This document shows positions 11,586 to 24,754 of a DNA stretch of 64,000 bases, one piece after another (positions within the stretch are counted from its first letter, which is position 1; each line of letters starts with the position of its first letter). Source of the DNA: Octopus vulgaris (lineage: Eukaryota); assembly GCA_951406725.2 (NCBI GenBank), contig OX597835.1, positions 22,692,001 through 22,756,000 on the forward strand, given 5' to 3'. The notes under the pieces were generated by a model that saw only the letters and a list, made by a program, of their open reading frames with translations, ran no database searches and was not told the DNA's origin. The position numbers were made by a program, and so were the translations under genes.

Positions 11586-12687
11586 ATATATATATATAAA
11601 CTATTTTCGTGGTCCAGATATCTCAAAGGCTCAGTCCAAGTTATTTTACCAATTGAGATTATTTCCATTTCAGTTCAGTTCAGGGATCTATCTATTTGCA
11701 TAACTATTGATATACCTGTAGATTCACCTGCCTTCCTACCCAAATCTATCTAAGTAACTATGATATCTTCTTTCCCTTCTGCTGATGTGTGTATCTGTTT
11801 ATTTTCATAATACCGATAAGCATTTAAACTTTAAAAAAAAAAAAAAGAATTATGGCATTGCTCCATCATGGCCACAGGTTTTTGTCTGGAACACACAAAA
11901 GATAAAAATGTAGCATCTACAGCTATTAGTCAACCAAGGTTATTCCACCTTCATTTAACTCTGTATCATTATATCTTTTAAAGTGTAAATTTATAGATTT
12001 TCATGACGTTTTAAACATTTTGATTGTGCCTGTGATTTTAACACAAATGCAGAATAATGTAGACTTCCCCTCCCTGTCATTCTCTCCAATAATATAGACC
12101 TTCACCCTCTCTCTCTTTTTCATGTTTTCCATTTCTATTTTTCCATTGATTTAACAATCCCTATTTCCGTTCTTTCTTTGTCTCCCTTTCTCCCCCTTCT
12201 CTCTATGTATATATTTCCCCATTCGAGTTACAGCCTCCTTTGATGTAAGCATAACATAAATGAGAGAAAACGAAGCAGTTAGTCATTTTCATGCAGGAGA
12301 AGATTAGCTACATGCAAAGCACTACATGTACTGCACGTTCTACATGTTTACTTTTGATTATTTCTCTTCATGAAAACCAGTCCATTTCAGGCTTTATTTT
12401 GTTACCTTTGGTTGAGCAGATGCTAACCGATTGCACTAAAGCGTATGCATTGAGGAAATTTTAAAGAATAAAAATACATAAAGAAACCACTTTTCACTGT
12501 CCAACTTCGAAGAAGGCTCAATCCAAGTTATTTCATCAATTGAGGTTATTTTCATTTCATTTCAGTCCAGTGATTTAGCTATTTGTATAACTATTAATGT
12601 ATATATAACTCTCTATTTGCATAAGTATTTAGACTCACCTACCTACATATTTGTCTGCCTGTTTATCTAAGTAATTATCATATCTAC

Positions 12688-13160
12688 ATGTAAAAAGCAC
12701 CATCCGATCGTGGCCGTTGCCAGCCTCGCCTGGCCCCCGTGCCGGTGGCACGTAAAAAGCACCTTCCGATCGTGGCCATTTGCCAGTCTCGCCTGGCCCC
12801 CCCGTGCCGGTGGCACGTAAAAAGCACCTTCCGATCGTGGCCATTTGCCAGTCTCGCCTGGCCCCCCCGTGCCGGTGGCACATAAAAAGCACCATCTGAT
12901 TGTGCCCGTTGCCAGTCTTGCCTGGCCCCCGTGCCGGTGGCATGTAAAAAGCACCATCCAACCGTGGCCGTCTGGCACCTGTGCCACTGGCACGTAAAAA
13001 GCACCCACTACACTCATGGAGTGGTTGGCATTAGGAAGGGCATCCAGCCGTAGAAACATTGCCAGATCAGACTGGGCCTGGTGCAGCCTTCCGGCTTCCA
13101 GACCCCAGTTGAACTGTCCAACCCATGCTAGCATGGAAAGCAGACGCTAAACGATGATGA
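12688..13160 (+). mobile_element. RTE LINE 3' end with about 5 GC-rich ~55-60-bp repeats
   Basis: gtgccggtggcacgtaaaaagcacc units followed by the gtggttggcattaggaagggcatccagc terminus and a gatgatga tail. Confidence 0.8.
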
Positions 13161-13666
13161 CTTTCCCTTCTGTAAATGTATCTGTTTAATTTCACAATAC
13201 CAATAAGCATTTAAACATAATAATGAAAAAAAAAAATTAATTAAAAAAATGAATTTATGGCAGTGCCTCAGCATGGCCACACTGTTTTTGTCTGGAACAC
13301 ATAAAAGATACAAGTGTAACATCTACAGCTATTGGTCAACCAAGGTTATTTCACTTTAATCTAACTCTCTATCGATATAACTTTTAAAGTTTAAATTTAT
13401 ATATCTTCATGACATTGTTTCATTATGTTAAAACATTTTGATTGTGCCTGCGATTCTAACACACAAATGCAGAATGATAAAGACCTTCTCCCTCCTCACT
13501 CTCTCTAATAATATAGACTTCCTCTCTCCCTTCAGTAATATAAATCCTTTTTCTCTCTCTTTCATGTCTTCCCTTTCTATTTTTTCACTGATTTAACTAT
13601 CCCCATTCTGCTTCTTTCTTTGTCTTCTGTTCTCCTCTTCCTCTCTCTCTCTCTCTCACTCTCTCA

Positions 13667-13744
<78 letters not shown>

Positions 13745-13745
<1 letters not shown>

Positions 13746-14047
13746 GAGGCGCAATGGCCCAGTGGTTAGGGCAGCGGACTCACGGTCGTAGGATCATGGT
13801 TTCGATTCCCAGACCGGGCGTTGTGAGTGTTTATTGAGCGAAAACACCTAAAAGCTCCACGAGGCTCCGGCATGGGGTGGTGGCGATCCCTGCTGTACTC
13901 TTTCGCCAGAACTTTCTCTAACTCTTTCTTCTGTTGGCCTGCTCGCTTAGCCAGCGGGGTGCCTTCATTTGAAGGCTAAAACAATGCAAAGCGCATTGTG
14001 ACCAGCGATGTGTAGCAACATCTGATAGCCTGGTCGGTGACATGATA
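13745..14047 (+). mobile_element. tRNA(Arg)-like SINE (family C), full length
   Basis: ggaggcgcaatggcccagtggttagggcagcggactcacggtc...ggtttcgattccc A/B boxes; body and 3' tail are shared with the 1655, 22590, 45070, 54175 and 61445 copies. Confidence 0.85.
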
Positions 14048-14402
14048 TATATATATATATATATTTCTACATTTGAGTTACAACCTCCCTTGATGATGTA
14101 AGCATGACATACAAATGAAATAAGCAGGAACAAGTGGAATAGTATAGTAATAATACTCCTTTCTACTATAGACCGAAGGCCTGAAATTTGGGGTTGGGGG
14201 GCTGGTCGATTACATTGATCCTAGTGCTTGACTGGTACTTACTTTATCGGCCCCAAAATAACAAAAGGTAAAGTTGACCCTAGCAGGATTTGATCTCAGA
14301 ATGTAGAAAACCAGAATTGTTGCTCAGCATTTTGTTTTGATGTACTAACAATTCTGCTGCTCACTGCCTTAGTTGCAGTAGTAATATTTATTCCTGCTTA
14401 AA

Positions 14403-14678
14403 AGTGGATGTGGTGTTAGAACACAGAATACTGCAATAGTTACCACAAGAGAACCTTTCATGTGGACTTGTGGTGCATATAAGCACTCTTGTTTATATCG
14501 CTAGCAGGAGACAATCACTGGCATTGCCACTACCAGATGACAGGATTTCAGCCTTCTTTGGCCTTGTCAATGGTAGACACCCGACCACTGGAAATAGTAG
14601 TGACCGCTCCACTAGCAATAGTCATAGAACCACAGTGCCTAATTGCTGTATTCTGTGTTCTTTCACAACATCCATTTT
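14403..14678. mobile_element. MITE with ~33-bp imperfect TIRs
   Basis: tggatgtggtgttagaacacagaatactgcaat versus attgctgtattctgtgttctttcacaacatcca. Confidence 0.65.
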
Positions 14679-14734
14679 TTAAGGCCTTGTGCTTTTAGTA
14701 GAAAGGATTATCATCATCCCCCTAAACCCTTCTA

Positions 14735-17576
14735 GAAGAGTGAGCTGGCAGAATCATTAACATGTCGGACACAATACATAGCAACAGATCTTCCAGCCTT
14801 TTACATTCTGAGTTCAAATCCTGCTGAAGTGAACTTTGTCTTTCATCCTTTGGGGGTGGGGTTTCATAAAATAAGTATCAATTGAACACTGAGAGCTCCC
14901 TTCCACAAAATATCAGGCTTTCTGCTAGAAAGAATTATTATTTAGGCGGTAAACCCGCAAAATGCTTAAGCGAGCATTTCGTCCATCTGAGTTCAAATTT
15001 TGCTGAGGTCAACTTTGCCTTTCATCTTTGCAGGGTTGATAAAATAAAAGTACCTGTTGAACCCTGGGGTTGAGATCAGCCAATTCCCTCCCCAGAATTA
15101 CTGGCCTTGTGCCAAAATTTGAAATCGTTGGCTCAGTAGAACAAAATGCTTAGAGGTATTTCTTCTTGCTCTTAATGTTCTGAGTTCAAATTCTGCCAGG
15201 GTTGACCTTTCCTTTTATCCTTTGGGAGGATGGTGGTGGTTCAATAAAATAAAGGACCTGTTGAACACTAGGGGCTGATGTAATTATCCCCACCCCCAAT
15301 ATTTCAATCCTTGCACCCATAGTAGAAAAAATTAATATTACTATCGTAAAGAAGGAAGCAAATTGTTAGAAAGCACCAGACTAAATGCCTTACAAGCATA
15401 AAGTGTTACTTCTTTCCTGGGTTCAAATCACGCCAAAATCAATATATTCTTTACTTATGGGCAATAAAGTAAATACCTGTAATATACTGGTCAACTCAAC
15501 ACCCTTATCCTACTATAAATTCTTCGGGGATATGAACTCAGAAAATGGTTCTTCTTAAATCAGCTTGTCAAACTGAAGTACCAGTAATGTGCTCAGGATT
15601 AGACAATGTGATGTACAGTTCTGCCTTTCAAAACAGTTTTGTACCTAAGTCTTTTAGCCTTAATCAAATGCTTAATTTCACTGACCTATGACCAAAGGCA
15701 TTAAAGCTGTAATCGTCCAGTTTGAGGACATCTTTGTGGTTGTTTGACCAGCTAGAAATAGCAGCGAAATTCCCCCTCCTCTTTTTCCTTCCCCCATGTC
15801 TTAGAGTTTTAGTTGAGTAAGAATAAAATATGGCAAGAATATTCACCCCAGCAAAGGTGGTGGCCATGCTGGATTACAATTGAGTCTCAGATTATTTTCC
15901 TCGTAAAATTAGTCTGCTTGCATTTATGTAATAATTAAGAAACATTGCTATTATCATTTGTATTTGGACTTAGTGGAGATTGCAGGAGTGTTGGGGGAAA
16001 TGCCCTGCAACAATCATGCCAGCTCTTTACTTTGAAGTTCAAATTCCTTTCATCCTTTTAGGGTCCATAAAATAAGTACCAGTTGAGCACTGGGTTGATG
16101 AAATCAACTGTTGCCCCTTCTCCTCAGATTGCTGGCCTTGTGCCAAAATTTGAAACCATTATTATTAAGGTGGCAAGCAGACAAAATACTTAATGGTGTT
16201 TCATCTGTCTCTATTCTGACTTGAAATGTTGTTACGGTTGACTCTACCTTTCATCCCTTTCGGGGTCAATAAATTAAGTACCAGTTGAACATGTAATCAA
16301 CTAGCCCCCTCCTACCAATTTTCAGGCTTTGTGCCTATAGTAGAAAGATTATTATTAATTGGTAGAATTGTTAGTGTTGGATGAAATTCTTTCCAGAATT
16401 TGCTCCAACTTGTGTTCTGAGTTCAATTCTTGCTGAGGCCAACTTTACCTTTCTTCTCGTTAGGATCAATTAAACGAAGTACTATAGTTAATTTAATTGA
16501 TTATTCATCTCCAATCAAATTTCTGGCCTTGTGCCTATGTAAGTTATTATTATTGTTATTATTATTAAAGTGGTGAGCTGGCAGAATCATTAGCATGTTG
16601 GATGGAATACTTTTGGGTATTTCACATGGCCGCTACATTCTGAGTTCAAATTTCACTGAGGTTAACTTTGCCTTTCATCCTTTTGGGGTTGATTAAATAC
16701 GTACCAGTTATGCACTGAGTTAATGTAATCAACTTAATCCCCTCCCCCAAGTTGCCCTTGTGGCAAAAATTTGAAATAATAATAATTATTATTATTAAGG
16801 TAGTGAGCTGGCAGAATTATTAGCACACTGGATGAAATGCTTAATGGTATTTCGTCTGTCTTTATGTTCTGAGTTCAAATTCCGCCAAGGTCGACTTTGC
16901 CTTTCATCCTTTCAGGGTTGATAAATTAAGTACCAGTTACGCACTGGGGTTGATGTAATCGACTTAATCTGTTTGTCTGTCCTTGTTTGTCCTCTCTGTG
17001 TTTAGCCCCTTGTGGGTAGTAAAGAAATAGGTATTTCGTCCGTCTTTACGTTCTGAGTTCAAATTCTGCTGAGGTCGACTTTGCCTTTCATCCTTTCGGG
17101 GTCGATAAATTAAGTACCAGTTACGCACTGGCGTCGATGTAATCGACTTAATCCGTTTGTCTGTCCTTGTTTGTCCCCTCTGTGTTTAGCCCCTTGTGGG
17201 TAGTAAAGAAATAGGTATTTCGTCTGTCTTTACGTTCTAAGTTCAAATTCTGCTGAGGTGGACTTTGCCTTTCATCCTTTTGAGGGTTGATAAATTAAGT
17301 ACCAGTGAAGCACTGGGGTCGATATCAAACTAGTCTCTTCCCCTCAAATTTCTGGCCTTGTGCCTTTAGTAGAAAGGATTATTATTATTATTAAGGCCGT
17401 GAGCTGGCAGAATTGTTAGCATGCTGGGTGAAATGCTTAGCAGCAATTCATCCGAGTTCAAATTCCATTGGGGTCGACTTTGCCTTTCATCGCTTAAGGG
17501 TCAATAAAATAAGTACCGATTGAATCGACTAGCCCCCTCCCCTAAAATTTCAGGCCTTGTGCCTATAGTGGAAAAG

Positions 17577-17608
<32 letters not shown>

Positions 17609-17830
17609 GGGCAGCGAGCTGGCACGTTCGTTAGCTTGCTGAGCAGAGTAATTAACCGTATTTTGTGTGTCTTTACATTTTGTTGTTCAAATTTCGTCAG
17701 AGTCAACTTTGCCTTTCATCTTCTCACTGTTGATAAAATAAGTACCAGTTGTGCACTGGGGGCCAATGTAATCAACTTAGCCCTTCCCCTCAAAAACACT
17801 GCTGGCCTTTTGTCAAAATTTGAAATTATT
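14735..17830 (+). mobile_element. Head-to-tail array of family-B SINEs (about a dozen or more copies)
   Basis: Repeated gagctggcagaatc...gagttcaaattc...gcctttcatcc...ggccttgtgcc...(ATT)n units; internal ~180-bp tandem duplication at 16850-17310. Confidence 0.85.
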
Positions 17831-18303
17831 AATGACCCCCACCCCACACCTCCATTCACCTTCTGTGTAAATTTGTGGATATCTCATTTTATAATTTCTT
17901 TACTTGGACAAGGCATGAATGCCTTGTAATCTGCCTTTTGTAATTATGTAAGCAACTTACTGTTTAACACCTTATACCTCACTATCCCTGAACCAGCAGA
18001 CCTATATAATCACAGGCATTCCAGTCATGACCATCCCATTTTATATTCATGCATTGTGTATCTAAGTGCTACATTGACTGAGTCCTTGTTTTCTCAAGAC
18101 AGTAATGTGTGATTTAAGGCAGGTTTGGCTGCTATTTCTTGCGTAGAGGCTCCCTTGTTGGCTGTATCGATATCGGTTGTGTTGTTTGCATGAGTCACTA
18201 TAGTAACAGTTTATTAATTTTTTTTTTCCTTCATTCATACTCTCTGCAAAACATGATGATGATGATGATGATGATGATTGATAATTTAATCTGGTGGTTC
18301 TCC

Positions 18304-18471
18304 ATTACTATAGCAACGAGTTGAAGAAAAATACCGATTGACCACGCCTGTCCCCACCCCCTCCTCCCACCCAATACAGTTGTTTGTGTGTGTGACGTAG
18401 TTTGTGTTTGTCTCTCAGTTACTATGGCAACGAGTTGGGACAGACGGAAGAAGCAGAGTACCCTTGGCAAC
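18304..18471. promoter_or_regulatory. Cluster of three RFX X-box motifs
   Basis: ATTACTATAGCAAC (18304), GTTACTATGGCAAC (18418) and GTACCCTTGGCAAC (18458) in non-TE sequence. Confidence 0.55.
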
Positions 18472-18929
18472 TAGAATATAAATAAAATAGATGGTAAAAG
18501 AAAAGAAAAGAGAAAAAAAAAAAAGAAACCACGTGTTTTGTCTGTTTTAGAATTTACAAATAAAAACTTTTATTCAAAATGGTCTCTTGTGAGTAGCAAA
18601 CGTTCATCCATTCTCACGCTCTCCTTCTCTCAAAACAGTCCAAACCTGACATCACCAAATACTTATCTATGTCTCTATCTTGCTTCTTTCTTTCCTTCTT
18701 TCTTCTCATGCACACATTTACATAATATAAACTCGTACATATTTCACTCTAACACATACACATACACTAGTTTGACTCACATACACACACACACACTATC
18801 CGCAACATGTTACCCGCACACTTCACACAATCCTTCTCTTACACATATTTCGGATACAACTTCTCTCTTCCTCTCCCTCTCTCTCTCTCTCACTCATATA
18901 GACAAGACTCTCTTCCTCCTCTCTCTGTT

Positions 18930-19400
18930 TCACACACAAACAGACGACATCCTCTCTCACAAACACATTCTCTCTCTCCCTCTCACCCACACAAACCCCC
19001 CTCTCACACACAAACTACATAAATGGACCTTTTCTTTCTCTCACATAAACAGACGACATCCTCTCTCTCTTTCTTTCTCTCTCTCACAAAAACAGACTAC
19101 ATCCTCTCTCTTTCTTTCTTTCTCTCTCACATAAACAGACGACATCCTCTCTTTCTTTCTTTCTTTCTCTCTCACATAAACCGACGACATCCTCTCTCTT
19201 TCTTTCTTTCTCTCTCACATAAACAGACAATATCCTCTCTCTCTCACACACAAATAAGCCGCCTCTCTCTCTCTCTCTCTCATACATAACACATAAACAG
19301 ACGACATCCTCTCTCACAAAGGTACATTCTCTCTTTCCCCCTCACAGACACAAGCTGTCTCTCTCTCTTTCTCATACGTAACACATAAACGGACATCTCT
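18930..19400. repeat. CT-rich minisatellite (~45-55-bp units)
   Basis: Repeated ctctcacataaacagacgacatcctctct(CT/CTTT)n, about 8 degenerate copies. Confidence 0.85.
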
Positions 19401-19409
19401 CTCTCTCTC

Positions 19410-19455
<46 letters not shown>

Positions 19456-19962
19456 TCTCCCCAGTCCCATGTCTGCTACACAGTCTATCATTTTTTTTTT
19501 CTCGTAGAAGGTTGAAAAATACCTGGAAATAAAATTTTTTTTGAATTTCCTTCAATTTATTATGTTGTATTGTTTCATTGCCTGTGTAGTGAAGGATGGT
19601 GGTGGGGGACACGACAGGAGTCTGGTGATGATGGGGAGGAGGAGACAGAAAGGGGCTCGGTAAGAGGATGATGGTGAGAAGGGAAGAAGCTCTGGGGTCA
19701 TGTGTGGAGTGATGATGGGAGGAAGGGTGAGGTAGGCTTGGTAAAGGGAGGAGCGTGGGGTGATGTAGAGATGAGGAGAGGGTTTGGTGAAAGGGTGGTG
19801 GTGAGGTGGGAGAAGGATTAGTGTTAGTGAAGAGGAAACTGGGGAAGGGTTTAGTGCCAAGCGGCATCGGCCCAATTTGGTAGGGTTTTCTTTTCTTGGA
19901 GAAGCACTGGTGTCCAGGACACTTATACTACTGAGTAGAAAGAAAGAAAAAAAAAACATTGC

Positions 19963-20108
19963 TCAGGTGTGGCTGTGGTAAGAAGCTTGTTTCCCAACCA
20001 CACGGTTCCGGGTTCATTCCCACTGCGTGGCATCTTGGGCCTACCAAAGCCTTGTGAGTGGATTTGGTAGACGGAAACTGAAAGAAGCCCGTCGTATATA
20101 TATGTATG

Positions 20109-20145
<37 letters not shown>

Positions 20146-20650
20146 TTGTCCCCGCCCCCAACATCGCTTGACAACCAATGCTGGTGTGTTTATGTCCCCG
20201 TTTATGTCTTCTACTATAGCCACTGGCCAATCTAACCCTTGTGGGTGGATTTGGGAGACGGAAACTGAAAAAAGCCCGTCGTATATATATATCTATATAT
20301 TAAAATTGGGGAATATTAAAATTAGGTTTCTCGTCCATAAAGGGTTTAGCTTTATGGCATATCGTCAGATCCCTAAAACGTGTTGGCCCATGACTTCTTA
20401 AATTATGGAGGCTGAAATACCTTTATATATATATATATATGTTTGCCCCCCCCCCATCATCGCTTAACAACCGATATTGGTGTATTTACGTCCCTGTAAC
20501 TTAGCGGTTCAGCGAAAGAGACTGATGAAATAAGTACCACACTATGAAACAAATACGTACTGGGGTCGATTTATTCTACCAAAAAATTCTTCAAGTCGGT
20601 ACCCCAGCATGGCCCGCGGGCCAGTGACTGAAATAGGTAAAAAGAAAGAA
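19963..20650 (+). mobile_element. Rearranged family-A CORE-type SINE fragments
   Basis: gtggctgtggtaagaagcttg...ggcatcttggg...gaaactgaaagaagcccgtcg left part and cttgacaacc...ccagcatgg right part. Confidence 0.7.
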
Positions 20651-21132
20651 AATAAACGACTTACAAATATCTGTGCAGATCGCAGAGTGAATCTTGGCTG
20701 ATGAAAGGCATTTAGAATAATTTAGATATGTACACGCGGACTTAATTGGTCAAGGGGCTCCACCACCTGAAAGGTTATAATCATCAAGCCTTGAACATTA
20801 CGGTCTCAAGTCCTGGGTCGTATTATGTCGGTTACCCACTTCCCATTGTGACAAGATCACAACGTCGTAAGGCTGCTCTTTTACCGCTGGATGGACTGGA
20901 GCAACGTGAAAAAGGAAGTGGGGTTTTTTTTTTCAGGAACACGACGCACCGCCCGGTCCGAGAACCGTAATTGCGACCTTACGATTGTGTGTAAAATACA
21001 CTAACCACCAGGCCACGCGGTTGTGATTGATCAGTTACTGGTTCAGTAGTTGAAGTGATTAAATAAAGATCTATGTGTGTAGTATCCAACTCTAACATGA
21101 AGACAGACAATGCTGTTCTTTAGATGATATAT

Positions 21133-21516
21133 TCTTTTATACTCTAGGCACAAGGCCGGAAATTTGGGGGGAGGGGGCCAGTCGAATAGATCGACCCCAG
21201 TACGCAACTCGTACTTAATTTACCGACCCCGAAAGGATGAAAGGCAAATTCGACCTCGGCGGAATTTGAACTCAGAACGTAAAGACAGGCGAAATACCTA
21301 TTCCTTTACTACCCACAAAGGGCTAAACACAGAGAGGACAAACGGATTAAGTCGATTATACCGATCCCAGTGCGTAACTGGTACTTAATTTATCGACCCC
21401 GAAAGGATGAAAGGCAAAGTCGACCTCGGCGGAATTTGAACTCACAACGTAACGGCAGACGAAATACGGCTACGCATTTTCCCAGCGTGCTAACGTTTCT
21501 GCCAGCTCGCCGCCTT
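21133..21516 (-). mobile_element. Family-B SINE with internal duplication
   Basis: Two gaccccgaaaggatgaaaggcaaa cores; head ttctgccagctcgccgcctta at the right end. Confidence 0.8.
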
Positions 21517-21538
21517 AGACGATATATATAATTACGAA

Positions 21539-21617
21539 CAGGGTGTCCATAAATTGTCTTTAATATAGATGTAATAAAATTGTGGAAGTTGTGAAGATAA
21601 TTTATGGACCTCCTGTA
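21539..21617. mobile_element. Tiny Tc1/mariner-type MITE
   Basis: TIRs cagggtgtccataaattgtctt / aagataatttatggacctcctg. Confidence 0.5.
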
Positions 21618-22231
21618 TAAGAGTACAGACTGTCAAAAAGCCAGCACAACTTTGACTAGAAGTGTGTGTAGGCTTTAAGAAATAAATAGAGATGCAATGC
21701 TTGTTGTCAAACTGTAATATTACTACTTAGAAAATCCCAAGTCTTCTTACAGGTTTTGATATTGTATCGAATATAAAGCTATGTATAGCCAAGGACTTGA
21801 GATTTTGACCAGTTTTCTTCCAGAACCAGTTATCTGCATAATATAAACGGACAATATTAAGGGAGGTAAGCGTTAAAGAATCGTAAGTTACCTCCCTTTA
21901 CAATGCAAACTAGAAGCATTGTAAAAATTTTATTTTTTTGACAACCAAGAAGAGGATGATAACAATGATACAAATAAACAGTCTTTAAAAACCGTTTACT
22001 TTTCTATTTCAGCAGTAAAAAATATAATACGCCTCAGAATCCGGGAAACAGGGCTAAATGAGCTGATGGTTCAGAAAGAAAATTTTACCTCTTTTCACTC
22101 CATTTTTAAAGAAAAATTACGAATGTTTGACGAACACAGCACAAATTAACAAGATCTTAAAGCCACTCAATTCTTCTCCCACTCAATTTTCTTTTTGAAT
22201 TCAGATATCAAATTTCAAGGAAAACAGATTT

Positions 22232-23372
22232 CCGTATAGACTCGTGTAAAAGTCGAATTTCTTAGACCATTTTTTAAGGTCAAATTTATGGGGTCGACTA
22301 TTGCATGGATACCACTTTTGAGGGGCTAAAATTCAAGCTAGAATCCGAAGTATTGCATCAGCAGCAGAAACCCAACTGATCTTTAGCGAATAAAAGCAAA
22401 AACACAATGAATTCCAGTAATATAACCAATTCCATGCATCAAAACACACGTCCTGGTCAATAACAAAACCCATAAACCAGGCCATGTATAGCCCCTTATA
22501 AATATTTGCACTTTCTCTTTTAGGTGTACCCCTCAAACTTAACAGACTAGCTGAGTGAAACCAATTTATATCTCATAATTATGTTCTGTTACCACCTAAA
22601 TCTCCACGAGGCTCCGACAGGGGATGGTGGTGATCCCTGCTGTACTCTTTCACCACAATTTTCTCTCACTCTTACTTCCTGTTTCTGTTGTACCTGTATT
22701 TTAAAGGGCCGGCCTTGTCACTCTCTGTGTCACGCTGAATATCCCCGAGAACTACGTTATGGGTACACGTGTCTGTGGAGTGCTCAGCCACTTACACGTT
22801 AATTTCACGAGCAGGCTGTTCCGTTGATTCGGATCAACTGGAACCCTCGTCGTCGTAACCGACGGAGTGCTTCAGTTCTGTTACCACTGGTAACATATCT
22901 ACCCAGTACCAGCATGCCACTGCCTACCGTAATACGGTGCATGCAGCTGATACCTACATGGCGTGTTTCACATCATAACTCTTCAATAACTTTATACTAT
23001 TTTCATATTTATGGTTAAAGTCACACTCATCACAAGTGTATTATGGCACAGCATATTAGTGGTACATTTTTATTTCTAATTAATTAAATGCAAATTGATG
23101 ATTTAAATACCAAAGTTGTAAAAAGAAGCAGAAGCGCAACAGTCTCCACCGAAAACGTTTTCTTCTTCGTCGCTGTAAGGCAACCACACAATTTTGTAAC
23201 AGTGTTATTCCTACATACGGGATAAAACGGTACCTTGACCCACAAATGCTGCCCCGTTGTTCGTGAAATACTAAGGTCAACTGTTATACAGGGCCTATGG
23301 AAAATTCCCCATTTTTTTGCCAAAAATAGGGGGTCGACTTTTACATGAGATTGACTATTACACGAGTATATA
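22232..23372. mobile_element. pogo/Tc1-type non-autonomous element with a nested SINE fragment (22590-22870)
   Basis: TIR ccgtatagactcgtgtaaaagtcga versus ttgactattacacgagtatata, with subterminal ggggtcgact motifs. Confidence 0.55.
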
Positions 23373-23700
23373 ATAGTAATGAAATTATTGTATACAGTGC
23401 TCAGGTGCACCACAACTTGTCAAAAAGTGCGTATAAAGTATATGCAGTAATGTACAAATGTCTGGGAAGCGAACAATGTATGAGTCAGATACATGCCTGT
23501 GTGTGTATGGAGTGGAGAAAATCAGGTGTAGTGTTGGCGAATCTCAGAAAGCATGGAAGTTTTGAAGGATGCAGTGCTCCGACAACTAACAACTGACACA
23601 GAGAGTTTGTTCCATGCTTCAGCAACTCTCAGCATGAAAAAGTGTTTCCTAAAGTCATGAGAGCTGTGCTGTTTTCTGACTTTGTAAATATGTCCACGGG
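23372..23700 (-). mobile_element. CR1-type LINE 3' fragment
   Basis: TRGHIYKVRKQHSSHDFRKHFFMLRVAEAWNKL; same family as 4228. Confidence 0.8.
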
Positions 23701-24317
23701 TGGAGTTCGAAAAGGTGCTATATATGGCAGTCAATGACTCATGTCTTCTAAAATACGCATATGGATTAATTTGGGGAAAATCACGAATGTGTGATCGACG
23801 CAGCTTAAATTGGCAAGATCTAAAGCTCAAACTTCTACCGATCAATTTTCCCGAAGCCAAAGTTAAAATTCCAAGGGAGATAATTAAAAACTAAGTGGTC
23901 TCCCCTGACAGTCTCTAACCATTCATTCGTATAGTATATCAGCTGTTTCTAATGTTTCCTATTTGTATCACAAACGGGTTTCATGAAAGAATTTTCCCCT
24001 CAGGTCGGGGGGGAGGGACTACGCTTTTATTTGCTTAGATATCAGTTGTGCTTGTGTGTGTGTGTATGTCCCCCAACATTGCTTGACAACCGAAGCTGGT
24101 GTGTTTACATCCCCGTAACTTAGTGGTTCGGCAAAGAGACCGATAGAATAACTACTAGGCTTACAAAGAAGAAGTCCTGGGGCCAATTTGCTTGACTAAA
24201 GGCGGTGCTCCAACATGGCCACAGTCAAAATGACTGAAGCAAGTAAAAGAATAAAAGTATATATATTTATATAAATACTTTTCAGTGCTAATTGTTAACA
24301 AGGGAAAAATACACTCA

Positions 24318-24715
24318 GTGGCTGTGTGGTAAGTAGCTTGCTAACCAACCACATGGTTCTGGGTTCAGTCCCACCGCGTGGCATCTTGGGCAAGTGTCTT
24401 CTGCTATAGCCTCAGGCCGACCAATGCCTTGTGAGTGGATTTGGTAGACGGAAACTGAAAGAAGCCTGTCATATATATGTATATATATATATGTGTGTGT
24501 GTGTGTTTGTCTGTGTTTGTCCCTCTAGCATTGCTTGACAACCGATGCTGATGTGTTTACGTCCCCGTCACTAAGCGGTTCGGCAAAAGAGACTGATAGA
24601 ATAAGTACTGGGCTTACAAAAAATAAGTCCCGGGGTCGATTTGCTCGACTAAAGGCAGTGCTTCAGCATGGCCGCAGTCAAATGACTGAAACAAGTAAAA
24701 GAGTAAAGAGTAATC

Positions 24716-24754
<39 letters not shown>

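Larger units (their letters stand above)
11628..14125. repeat. Old tandem duplication (~650-bp unit); second copy interrupted by two TEs
   Basis: 11628-12270 aligns by eye with 12514-14125 after removing 12688-13160 and 13745-14047. Confidence 0.8.

Noticed and set aside
12700-12960. HDV-like ribozyme in the RTE 3' repeats (CCAGCCUCGCCUGG resembles P3/L3)
   Set aside because: Could not build the nested double pseudoknot or the J4/2 catalytic C.
13745-13820. tRNA genes (also at 38252, 28716, 48310)
   Set aside because: tRNA-like heads lack a proper acceptor stem and run into repeated SINE bodies.
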